A program made the position numbers and the translations under genes. DNA of 61,922 bases, the filler included, from Nemertoderma westbladi (Eukaryota > Animalia > Xenacoelomorpha), in the NCBI GenBank assembly GCA_032718475.1. It is 3 parts of 3 records of this genome, joined end to end, with 100 filler letters (N's around TTAATTAATTAA, not from the genome) between each part and the next. Parts side by side here need not be neighbours in the genome. Positions count along the whole stretch, not along the records: positions 33,787 to 61,922 come from JAUCBJ010000568.1; 2 more parts are not named here. One strand, 5' to 3'. Positions within the stretch are counted from its first letter, which is position 1; the number at the start of each line of letters is the position of its first letter. Of this stretch, positions 51,410 through 61,922 are shown piece after piece. The notes beneath the pieces were generated by a model. That model was not told the DNA's origin. It did no database searches and saw nothing but the letters and a program-made list of their open reading frames with translations.

Positions 51410-53055
51410 CTATCCACCATGCATATTCTCTCCATGGGGCTGCCAAAATACAAGATTGTGCACAGGCTGGTCCTCACGGCGAAAGCAATGTCCTGCAAAG
51501 CGGAGGTGGCTTTGTTCTAGTGTTAAGCTTCGGGGAACCAATGGGACACCTCCAATGTTATATAGTGTCTGGTTGGAGATGTGTTTATTGTACTGGACAC
51601 AATGAACCCGGCGTAGCATTCGTGTAAAAGTGTCCTCCAGAGATTTAGTGACCTCAGCAGTTAGTAGTAGTAGGATCGGCATGCTGCATTGCAGCTGCAT
51701 TTTTAAGAATGCTGTGCCGGCTTGTCAACAAAATTGCACCGCCACAACTCCCTATCACCCATGACATTTGCTAGATCATCCGCATCTTTAAGGCCAGTGT
51801 CCTTTAAGATGCGTCTCAAGAAAGTCATGGGCTGTCCACCATGCTTATTCACTCCATGAGGCTGCCAAAGTACAAGATTATGCACTGACTGGTCCTCACG
51901 GCGAAAGCAATGTCCTGCAAAGCGGAGGCGATTTTGTTCTAGTGTCAAGCTTGGGGGAACCAATGAGACACCTCCAATGTTATATAGTGCCTGGTTGGAG
52001 ATGTGTGCATTGTACTTGACACAATGAACCCGGCGTAGCATTCTTGTAAATATGCCATCCAGAGATTTGGTGTCCTCAGCAGTTAGAGCCCAGCACGGAC
52101 TCCCGTAGAGGAGTACTGGAACTACTGCTGCTCTAAATAATCGGACCTTAAGTTTCCGATTAATTCTCGGTGACTTCCAAATCCTGGAAAGCCTATTCAA
52201 GGCTGCCCATGCCTTTCCCTTACGTATTCGAAGGTCCACACCTGACTTCCGGATCCATGATCCCAGGTAACAGAAGTCGTCCACATGCTCAAGCATACCA
52301 TCCTTTGAGCTTATGCTCATCCGATCAGAGACTTGCTGAGGACTTTCAAAGTTAACTGTCAGAATTTTGGTCTTTCTGGAGTTAATAAAAAGACCAACAC
52401 TAGAAGCAGCATGTTCTAATGAGCTGAGGAGCCGTTGGGCTCCCTCTAATGATTCTGAGAGTACTCCTAAGTCATCAGCAAAGTCTAGATCAGTTAGGTA
52501 CTTGGCAGGATTTCCTCGACTTCTGGAGCCAGTAGGTGGAGTTATCATCACCCCATCATCATTATAATGATCTAAGGACATGCGTAGAACATAGTCAACC
52601 ACAATAATGAACAAGAATGGTGCAAGTGTGTCTCCTTGGAGGACGCCCCATAACACTTCAAATGGTTCTGTGTCACCATCAACAGTAGACACAAATGTTG
52701 TCGAACCATTGTATACTGGTCTGATTGCTGCAATAATTTCATCAGGAATCCCATATAATGAAAGTATGCTGAACATACGTGAGCGAGAGACTGAATCAAA
52801 GGCCTTGAAGAAGTCAACAAAGATAACAGCCAGATGCCTGTCTTTCTTTTTTGATAACTCTTCAATTATCCTTCTAAGTGCCAAAGCATGTTAGAGCAGT
52901 TAGAGCCCAGCATGGACTCCCATACAGGAGTACTGGAACTAATGCTGCTCTAAATAATCGGACCTAAGGTTTCCGATGAATTCTGTGTGAAGTGTGACTT
53001 CCAAATCCTGGAAAGCACATCCAATACTCCCCAGCCCATGCATCTCCCTTACGTT
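51410..53055 (-). mobile_element. RTE family A LINE (RT ORF 51703-52884) inserted into an older copy of the same family
   Basis: FVDFFKAFDSV, GVLQGDTLAPFLF, DLDFADDL, YLGS, LRFAGHC; older copy split into 51410-51664 and 52895-53055; TSD AGCAGTTAG. Confidence 0.92.
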
Positions 53056-54609
53056 TAACATAGCATTCTTAATGCATGCTGCATTGGTGGATTGCATGGT
53101 GGTGGTGGTGACAAAATGTTTTTGATAAGACGGCATGTAGCATCTCAATGTGCAGTATCAATGCAGCAGGCCGATTATAGTAGTAGTAGTAGTAGTAATA
53201 GAGATGTACAGTATTTATTCACTATTTAGCAATTGTTAACAGAAAGTTTACCGAATGAGAGCGGAGCACTATCACATTTATCCACTGAGACAAGATTCGA
53301 GAAGTGGGGCTGAACTTTCCACTCAAGCTGATTCCACTCCATAGTGTCATGAGTATTAATAACCAAAACACTACAAAATATATTTAATTCAATATAGGAC
53401 ATAGGTACAGTATGCAGTGTTGCAGGGGATGGAAGTAGGTCTAAATATTATTAGAAAGTATATCAAGCAGTTCAGTCTAGTAGGTGGTTTAGTAGTGGTA
53501 GTCTAGTAGGTGGGTTAGGCTTTTATTAAGACTGTAAGAAGCATCTTGTCTTTAGTTCGAATAAAGTGTAATTATAATTAAGACAGAAATTAAGTGGACG
53601 CAGAGTGGATATGGATATGGATAAGTATATAGTATGTAATGTGTACTGTTGCCGGCTCTCAAGTGTTAGCAGGTACAGCTCCGTTTGCGGTGTCCGTCAA
53701 CATTCTGGTTGGCCTAGTCTTTGGAGGTTAAATAGTTGTAATTTACTGTATAAAGGTATTTCCCGCCATGGTGGATTTGGGTTGGTAAATAAAGAACTGC
53801 TACCCACAGTCTAACAGTTGATAATTATTACATAGTTTTGTAGGTTAGCAAAATGATGTTTGTTTACACTATTTGTGCAGGGGTCTTGCATTGTAAAAAA
53901 TTTGAAAAGTTGTGTTTTTTTGCGGTTATAAGCCATTTCAGACACTTCTAGCACTGGGAAAAGTCATATTTCAAAAAAAATTATGTCTAATGATTTCATT
54001 TTACATAGTTTTGTAAAAAATGTTGTTTGTTTGCACTAATTGTGCGGGGGCCATGCATGGTCAAAAATTTGAAAAGTTGTGTTTTTTTATGGTTGTAGGC
54101 CATTTCAGACACTTCTAGCACTGGGAAAAGTCATATTAAAAAAAAATTCTTTCTAAATGAATTCATTTTACATAGTTTTGTAAAAAATGTTGTTTGTTTG
54201 AACTAATTGTGCGGGGGTCATGCATTGTCAAAAATTTGAAAAGTTGTGTTTTTTTATGGTTTTATGCTATTTCAGACACTTCTAGCACTGTGAAAAGTCA
54301 TATTAAAAAAAAAAATTCTTTCTAAATGAATTAATTTTACATGGTTTTGTAAAAAATTTTGTTTGTTTGAACTAATTGTGCGGGGGTCATGCATTGTCAA
54401 AAATTTGGAAAGTGATGTTTTTATGTAGTTTTAGGCAATTTCACACATTTCTAACATAGGGAAAAGTTACATTTCCAAAATTTTTTTTTTTCGATCTACC
54501 CTAATGATCATTCGCATATCGTTATATTCGTTTATAATAATATGATTAATCCACTGGAATAGTGAGTAACTGCTTAGTAATTTTCAGAACATTTTCTGAA
54601 TAAACGTAC

Positions 54610-54810
54610 CTATATCTGTTCAAAGACTTCCACCTCATCTATGTTGATGAAATTTGCTCCATGAAAGATAATGGGATATCTTCCACTCAATCCTTGACAT
54701 GGTACACTGATGACAAGATCCGAGGATGATATTGTGTCACATAGCTGATCAATGTTACTACCAAGCCCTCGCAAATAAGCATCATCATTGACATTATTTA
54801 TAACCAATAC
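54610..54810 (-). CDS. F-type lectin (fucolectin/FTP) domain, C-terminal exon
   Basis: TAG acceptor; VLVINN..QLCDTI..VPCQGLSGRYPII..IDEVEVF; splices in phase 0 from 55294. Confidence 0.75.
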   Translation of the reverse strand, partial: VLVINNVNDDAYLRGLGSNIDQLCDTISSSDLVISVPCQGLSGRYPIIFHGANFINIDEVEVFEQI

Positions 54811-55293
54811 CTATAATGAATTAATTAATATTAATTTTGGTTAACAAATTAATGCGGGTTAATTATCAACCTTTATTTAAATATAATTAAATATTTATTA
54901 CAAATAAAACAGGAATTTATAATATGGTGATATTTCACTATTTTAAATTTCCAATATATTTGGAGAGTTTTTGGCAATACAAAATTTATAGCCAACATTT
55001 TGGAAAGGATCCAAAATTTTTGCGAAACTTATTGAAATACAATAACATTACACGTTCATGGGACCTTCGCACACATGTAAGTCTAGACAATGACTACCAC
55101 GATGACAACAACAATTACAATGATGATGACGAGTTTTACTAACATACCGTTATGATAATGCTCACCTGGACTTATGTGGCTTGTCTCAATTTTAAAATCA
55201 TCGGGTATCTTACTGCATTACTCATTAATCGGAGGGATAATTTTTGGCACATTTATAATCTCAGAAAAGGTACATGCACATTTAAATATTTAC

Positions 55294-55535
55294 CTTCGCA
55301 CCAATTATTCTGAGCTCCTGTCCTCTTCTGTTGTAAATTATAATGACATGAATCGACTTTACACTGCCGAGATCCACCCACCACCAGTTAGGAGGAATCC
55401 CATCCGAATGGTATCCGCAATCTGATCCAATCCAAGCTTCAGTCTTTTTGCCATTAGCAGCAAAATTAGCTGTACAATCACCCACTGATGAATCACTACC
55501 AGTAGGTTTGTTCACAATATCCAGCTTTCTTCCAC
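55294..55535 (-). CDS. F-type lectin (fucolectin/FTP) domain, N-terminal exon
   Basis: NKPTGSDSS..ANFAANG..CGYHSDG..NWWWVDLG..IIIYNR..RI; phase-1 acceptor and GTAAAT donor; upstream exons not identified. Confidence 0.78.
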
Positions 55536-56430
55536 CTATTCTCAATCAAAATAATAATACCAAATATTTCCTACTATTCTCCTACTTCTACCATAATTAA
55601 ATTATAATATATCATCTTGGTGATACAACTACCTATAAATATTTTAACTTGATAATATCGTCCCTTTCATTTTGAAACCACCTATATGCCATTTTTACCG
55701 AAATGGAGATTGCTGCATTTCTTTACATTAAAATGTATTCTGAATGCGATTAACACACTTAGAAGGCCAAACTCCCACGTATAACTGAGATATTTATCGT
55801 TTCAAAACCACCCATATGCCAGTTTTGCATAGACCGCATTATAAAGAAATGTTTTTTTAAAACAACCTATATATCACATTTTACTATTATAAATAGGGTA
55901 AGCCCGGGAAAAGTTGATATAAAATTGGAAACAACGAATCGAGAGGTAGAATTGTTGTTTATTATGATAGAGGGAGATTTGATTAATAATTTTAAAACTT
56001 AATAATCAAATTTTTCTTAAGGGTTTTAATGTTTTTTGAGAAATCATTGTAAAAAATGTAATAAATTTTTTTGAAACAACCTATATTCCAATACATAGTT
56101 TCCTACCAAATTTGTGACATAATTCCAATACCATATCTATTTTTGTGAAAATCGTTACATTTAATGCATTTAAAAGTAAATAAGACTAAAATCCTGGAAT
56201 ATTTCTTGCAAACAAAATTAGAATCAAAAATGCCGTTTTACAGGAAAAGTCAATATTGTCATTTTTAGGTTGTTTGAAAATGAAAGGGACGATGTATATG
56301 TGGCTGTTTCAGGTGGTAAATAGTACCATCCCCTGAACAACTGTCAAATACTATGATTTGGTTTGGAGGGGCACACACATTGTAAATAATTACATTTGTA
56401 TGTTTGTAAGATTTGTAAGACTGTGTAAGA

Positions 56431-56810
56431 AGTAGAGGAAATCCAGCAGTGCCAGTAAGTAAGTACTTTAGATCAGTAAGATATAGACTTTGCTGATCAC
56501 TTAGGCGTACTGTCAGAATCACTAGGGGAAGCCCAAAGGCTCCTCTGCTCATTGGAGCATGTTGCTTCTAGTGTTGGTCTTTTTGTAAACTCCATGAGAA
56601 CCAAAATCATGACAATGAACCTCAAACAGCCCTTAAAATATGTCTGATCATAAGGGCATAAGCTCTAAAGACGGCTTGCTTGAGCATGTAGATGACTTTT
56701 TCTATTTGGGTTCATGGATCAGAAAGTCATGTGAATACCTTCCGAAAGAGTGAGAGGAAGGCATGGGCAGCGTTAAAAAGTAAGCCAGGATTTGGAAGTC
56801 CCATAGAATG
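56431..56810 (+). mobile_element. Decayed RTE family A RT fragment
   Basis: SRGNP..DFADHLGVLSESL..EHVASSVGLF..EHVDDFFYLGSWIRK, matching 51703-52884. Confidence 0.8.
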
Positions 56811-56883
56811 AAGGTGCGATTATTTATGGCTGTTGTAGTACCAATACTCTTATATAATGTAAATAGGACAATATGATAATGCT

Positions 56884-57012
56884 CTCCATAGCGAAAAATA
56901 TCAACCGGCCCTATTGGGACTCGAACCCGGTACCTAGGTTTCAAACTGCTGGTTATCATCAGCCGGGTGAGTGTACTGAGCTACCAGACCGGATGAATAT
57001 TTCGCTGTGGAG
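56884..57012 (-). ncRNA. tRNA-like Pol III element with an embedded minimal hammerhead ribozyme (core 56926-56967)
   Basis: Minus strand: A-box TAGCTCAGT; CCCGG-CTGATGA-TAACCAGCAGTTT-GAAA-CCTAGGTA-CCGGG; B-box GGTTCGAGTCCC; ~25-bp imperfect terminal inverted repeats. Confidence 0.68.
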
Positions 57013-57569
57013 TGGGAGATCATATTTAGGCCAACTAATCACTAAAAGGAAAGTACAAGTTCGTTATTCCCGTGCTCTGCCAGAAATGGCAACCATGCCT
57101 CAAAGAATAACTATTATACAGTGTTGTAGAAACCAATGGGCAATGTGGGGCAATATATTTATTGTTGATTTTAGTTTTCCTTTTGTAGGGATAGACATCA
57201 AACATTAGGTGGCAAAATCAGTGGTGGCTTAAAGCAACTTCTGTAAATTACAATGTAGCTAATTCTAACCAACCATGGCAGTTGCAAACCACTACTGCAG
57301 AGGAAATTTATCAAAGGTACTTCTTCATAAACTGCTCAGGACAGTGCAGCATTATGGCTCTTTTTGTCTATATCACACCCATTACAATGAAAATTTGACT
57401 TTCATAAACTAATTATTAATATCCAATTAGTAATAAATGTACTGCATTTGTTTAAAAATCACAGAGTAGTACAACATTTTTCATGTTTAAGAATATGTTT
57501 GATAATAGATATTACCGCGGAAATTGTTGCCGTTGAGCTTAGACTGAGACTTGAAGTTGAAGTCTAAGT

Positions 57570-57830
57570 CTAAAAGTTAAAAAGGAGTTGTAAAAGAGTT
57601 CAAAAAGAGTTTAAAAAGAGTTAATAAAGAGTTTAAAAAGAGTATAAAAAGAGTCGAAAAAGAGTTCAAAAAGAGTTGAAAAAGGGTTGAAAAAGAGTTG
57701 AAATAGAGTTAAAAAAGAGTTGAAAAAGAGTTGAAAAAGAGTTGCAAAAGAGTTGCAAAAGAGTTGAAAAAGAGTTGAAATAGAGTTAAAAAAGAGTTGA
57801 AAAAGAGTTGAAAAAGAGTTGAAAAATTCA
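57570..57830. repeat. 11-bp minisatellite (aaaaagagttg), >20 copies
   Basis: Direct tandem units. Confidence 0.95.
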
Positions 57831-58191
57831 TTCAATTAAATTAATTTTTTTTGAATTTAGACTGAAGACTCTTAGACTTTAGACTTTTTCAAATCTTAGC
57901 TTAGCCTTTGAGAGCTTAGAATTTATCTAATTTGACTCGACTATTATTGAGTCAATCATAGATTCCCTAATGATTCACTAATGTTTGCAAATTTTCAATG
58001 AAACGTTGACTCCAACTATTGAGTATGCTGAACTGCTGGGCCTACTGCCGTATGCTTGCTGACTGGCTGACTGGCTGACTGGCTGACTGCTGGTTTACCG
58101 ATACCGGTACCGGGTGAGTTCTTGAGATTGTTAAGTCTATCTTTATAAGTTTGATCCGCTCATTCCTGGCACGTATTCGTGATCGCACGGT

Positions 58192-61100
58192 TTGATTGTT
58201 GTGGCCTGTCTGCTACTCTCAATGAAGTTCGATGAGTTAGTCTCTTCGATGCGCCCGCCTCTTCATGTGGCCTCGGCATATAATTCGATGTCTTCGCCGG
58301 TCCCCGCAACTTCGGTTAACTCGCCATCGATTTCGCAGCTTCCCGAAATCCCGTTTGATTCCTTGATGAGTCCGCAGCTCACTGCTCCCCAGGTAGAGTC
58401 TCCGACCGGCTCCTCGCTTCCTACTGTGTCGGTAACTTTGACTACACCCGTCGCGGTCGCCTCTGTAAAGCCTCTGATGAGTTCGCCGCTCCCTGCGGCC
58501 TCGATAAACACATCGATACTGTCAATGGGATCGACGCCGCCAGCAGCCCCGGTAATCTCTTTGTATATCTTCAACACTTTGGATCCGGAAGCCCCATCCT
58601 TCTCATTGGCTAATTCTCATATACCGGCAATAGTAGGAGAACCAAAGATCAATGACATAATGGAGGACAGAACCCGTTTCAATATAAGATTCAAGGAGAA
58701 AGAAATACAGTCTATTGCCTCTTTTGTCGACAATGGTGCTTCCAGTAGCAAGTCTATACCCGAGAGTTCCGATCTGTCTAACGAGAGCGTTATCTTGGAT
58801 CCCTTTTCGCAATTTAACTCCTATAATCCCAACAACCCAACTTCAATACAAGAATGAATAGAGCAATTCCTCTCTTCAAACGATATAAAACCTAAAGTTA
58901 AGCTAACAAAATCCGATGTAATTGATTTGGACTCTCTTAAGCCAGGAACTTGGTTAAACAGCTCAATCATTGACAAGTTCCTAAGCATTTTAGATCATCA
59001 CACTGCAAACACACAATGTGACGGGGCTACTTTTTCAGTATGATCAGCCTTAGGATCTTACATCAATACGGACGAGTTTAACTTGGTTTCAGATGTAAAG
59101 ATTAGTGCAAATCAATACAGAGCAGCCCAACACTACCTTAAAAAACCTGCTGCCCTACAACAACTGTCTACCTGCTAGCTCCTGAGTGGAAAAGCAATCA
59201 CTTCACATAACATGCAGCTAACGTCAGTGACCGAGAGATGGTAACATATTGCTCTCTGGGAAACATTTACCCGACCTCAACTTCTTCGAAAATTTGTAAT
59301 GTGCTGAACACGATCGATGATAACTCTCCAGCCAACCAGGGGAGGTTTCTCAATAGATGGCGTCCTATTACAGCCCAACCATTCGTCCCAATACAGCCAA
59401 ATCCAATGATTGCGGTATCTACTCCTGTCTCTATGGGTATCTTTTGGCTTATAAACAACAGGATTATGGCGCAATAATAGTCCAAGTAGAGGAAAGCATC
59501 CCTATACGAGAGTGGATAAAAGTCGTAATTCAATCAAAATCCTTATCAATCATTCCGTCTAGCCCACAAAAGGACGCAAATATAATCTCAGATCTAAATT
59601 TTATTACTGGTAATAATAACTCTAACAATTATTGTGACTTTATAGATAACAAGTTCTCTGCTGATAATAACAGTAGTGTAATCTTCGTCTCTCTCGTGCA
59701 CCAGCCCCCAAGCCCTTTCCCAAAGCCCCACCTCGACAATCCCTGCCACCCTACCTTCCACGCTCCAGCAGCCACTCCCCCCACCTCCTACGCACCCACC
59801 CCACTCACATGCCTCTCAAGACTTAGCCATCGTCCCTCCACCTGACCCCACGCCCAAGTCCGATTTGCTAACACCCATACATAATCTCAGTGGTCTAAGA
59901 CTGTGTGACCTTAAGCCACTCCTCAAAGCCAGAGTTCTATCCACTACTGGCAATAAGGCAACCATCCCAGCTCGTCTCACCACTGCACTAATCTCCCCAT
60001 CTAACCCTTCAACCCTTCCCATTCCCCCCCTCCGAGGCTACAGACTCTAAACCCCGCCAGCAACACGCTAACCCTATCCAACCTGAACCCACCCCTACAC
60101 AGCAGGACCTCTTCTCTTCACAAACAGCCTCGCCCCTTCCATCCATAGCATCCATCCTACAAGCTAATGTCCGCACACTCCGCCACTTCCCAAAAGCAGC
60201 TAGGGATCTTTGGGCTGAGGCCGTCGGCATAATCTGTGACTCCATAGCCAGGGATCCCATGAACCCAACCTCTTGGACCCATATCTTCCTCCTCCCCCAT
60301 ACACCCTAGCCAACCCCAAAAGAGCAGGTAGATCCCACTGGAAAGATACCGAGAAGTTAGTGAAAGCTAGACTCCGCAAATGGCTCAGTGGAGATATCAG
60401 CAGTTTATGGGAAGATATAATCAACGATTCCCAATGACCTGGCGCAATTAAACACAAATCCATTAAACTTCCCAGTCCTGAATCAGTTAGAGAATCTAAT
60501 GCTCGTCGAGCCCACCAGGAAATGGCTGACGGCCAGGGACATTGCCAAGGCTATCAAGTCTTTTCCCCCTGGCTCAGTCCCTGGCCCTTCAAAGCTCTGC
60601 CCCAACCATCTGAAAGAAGCGATATCAGCCCCATCGCCAGCCAAGGCCAACCAGGCCCTTGCTGCTATTTGTGCCATTACAAACCGCATGTCCTCAGGTC
60701 AGGTCCCGGCCTCGGTCCTCCCATACCTCTGTGGCGCATCTCTTTTCCCTCTAACCTCCAAATGTCATGCAACCACAGTAAACCAGAACGCTTCCAACAT
60801 CCTCACCCCCCTCCAGGTTGGTGTCGGTACCCCCATTGGCTGCGAGGCCATAATCCGAGCCGTCTCCTCAGCCCTCGAAGGCCACTCCATCCTGGCAGAC
60901 AGCAAGTGGGTTATTCTTGTCGACTTCAGCAACGCATTTAATTCCATCGGCAGCTCACAAATGTTTGCTGAAGTCAGGGAACACTTGCCCTCTCTTTACG
61001 CATGGGTGGAGGCTGGAGGCATGCTATAGAATCCAGGCTGTCCTCTCTCTGGCTTGGTGACTGACAAATCTTCAGCTGCTCTGGCGTCCAACAAGGTGAT

Positions 61101-61922
61101 CCTTTGGGCCCCCTCCTTCTTGCCATAACTTTACACCCAGTGGCCAAGATTATTCGGGCCAAAGTCCCTTCTCTTATAATTAATGCCTGGTATTTGGACG
61201 ATGGCTCGGTTGGATCCCCAGACGACTTGTTAAAAGCCTTAGCCATATTAGAACAGGAAAGCTCCTTGAGACACCTTCAACTCAACCACGCCAAATCCCA
61301 AATCTCCATCCCCGCTGGCTCCTCAGTTCATTCGAATCCACTACCACCCGCCATTGCCATCCTCTCCAATGGTCTAACCCTACTTGGCTCCCCGAATGGT
61401 TCCTCTCAATACTACGAGGAGACGATTATGCTAAGTGTTGCCAAAGTCCGCTCCATCACTGAACGCCTTCCTGACCTTCAGGATTCCCAGATGGAATCTA
61501 CCCTTCTTCGATCATGCCTTTCTTTACCCAAAGTAGTATTTGCCCCCCGTTGCTGTCCCCCCCTCCATGATTTCGGACTCCTCGCTACAGTTCGATCTTG
61601 TCATGCGGGATACCCTCTCTGATCTTGTTGGGGGCTCTCTAAGTGACTGGTCGTACAACAGGGCTTGCCTTCTGGTCTCGATGGGTGGTCTGGGCCTTAG
61701 AACAGCCGTAAACCATTCCCCGGCCGCATATATTGCTTCTGTCTCCCAGTCAGAAACCCTGGTCACTAGAATCCTAGGCCAGTCCCCAGGTAACCGCCAC
61801 CTCCCCTCTGCACTGTCCTCCTTGTCCGAGCACGCCGATAAACCAGATTGGACCTCCTTGGAAGTCCAAGCTGCACAATCTGCAGCTCTGGTGCCCCGGA
61901 GAGAAGTCCCTGGGTTGATTCC
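58192..61922 (+). mobile_element. Decayed CRE-clade non-LTR retrotransposon with upstream Ulp1-like protease and SAP relics; runs past the window end
   Basis: CRE-type TLRHFPKAAR..WA, QVGVGTPIGCEAII, DFSNAFNSI, GVQQGDPLGPLL, WYLDDG, LLRSCLSLPK, MGGLGLR; upstream SLKPGTWLNSSIIDKFL, SNHF, PIQP/SNDCGIYSC and LSGLRLCDLKPLLKARVLSTTGNKATIPARL. Confidence 0.82.

Larger units (their letters stand above)
44651..54503. mobile_element. Foldback-type DNA transposon (~9.85 kb including nested inserts) with long modular TIRs and an 8-bp TSD
   Basis: ATGATCAT|TAGGGTAGATCG ... CGATCTACCCTA|ATGATCAT; each arm has four ~160-167-bp tandem units; arm homology continues 50683-~51015 versus ~53058-53830. Confidence 0.85.

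Noticed and set aside
56900-56995. Functional tRNA gene
   Set aside because: D-arm and anticodon arm cannot form a cloverleaf and the T-stem is mismatched; treated as tRNA-derived.
57611-57835. Phe-rich 74-aa ORF
   Set aside because: Translation of the 11-bp minisatellite.

Overview
AT-rich invertebrate-animal genomic DNA (spliceosomal GT-AG introns, two 100-bp scaffold gaps) that is mostly transposon-derived. Mobile elements: a Penelope-like element with a minimal hammerhead ribozyme abutting a BEL/Pao retrotransposon that carries a conserved accessory ORF and a ~2.2-kb LTR; many RTE and CR1/L2-group LINE fragments; Tc1/mariner-, piggyBac- and hAT-type non-autonomous elements; an EnSpm-like transposase relic; a ~9.9-kb foldback element with several nested insertions whose target-site duplications are still readable; and a CRE-clade retrotransposon with Ulp1-protease and SAP relics upstream of its RT. 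Host genes: two exons of CENP-V, a divergently transcribed 749-aa ORF ending in a Rap1 C-terminal-like domain, a calnexin-like terminal exon, two exons of an F-type lectin domain and a signal-peptide first exon. The most striking small feature is a tRNA-like (A-box/B-box) element at ~56.9 kb with a complete hammerhead core where the anticodon/variable arm should be, enclosed by a long terminal stem. All calls are by-eye motif recognition; no database searches or folding programs were run.
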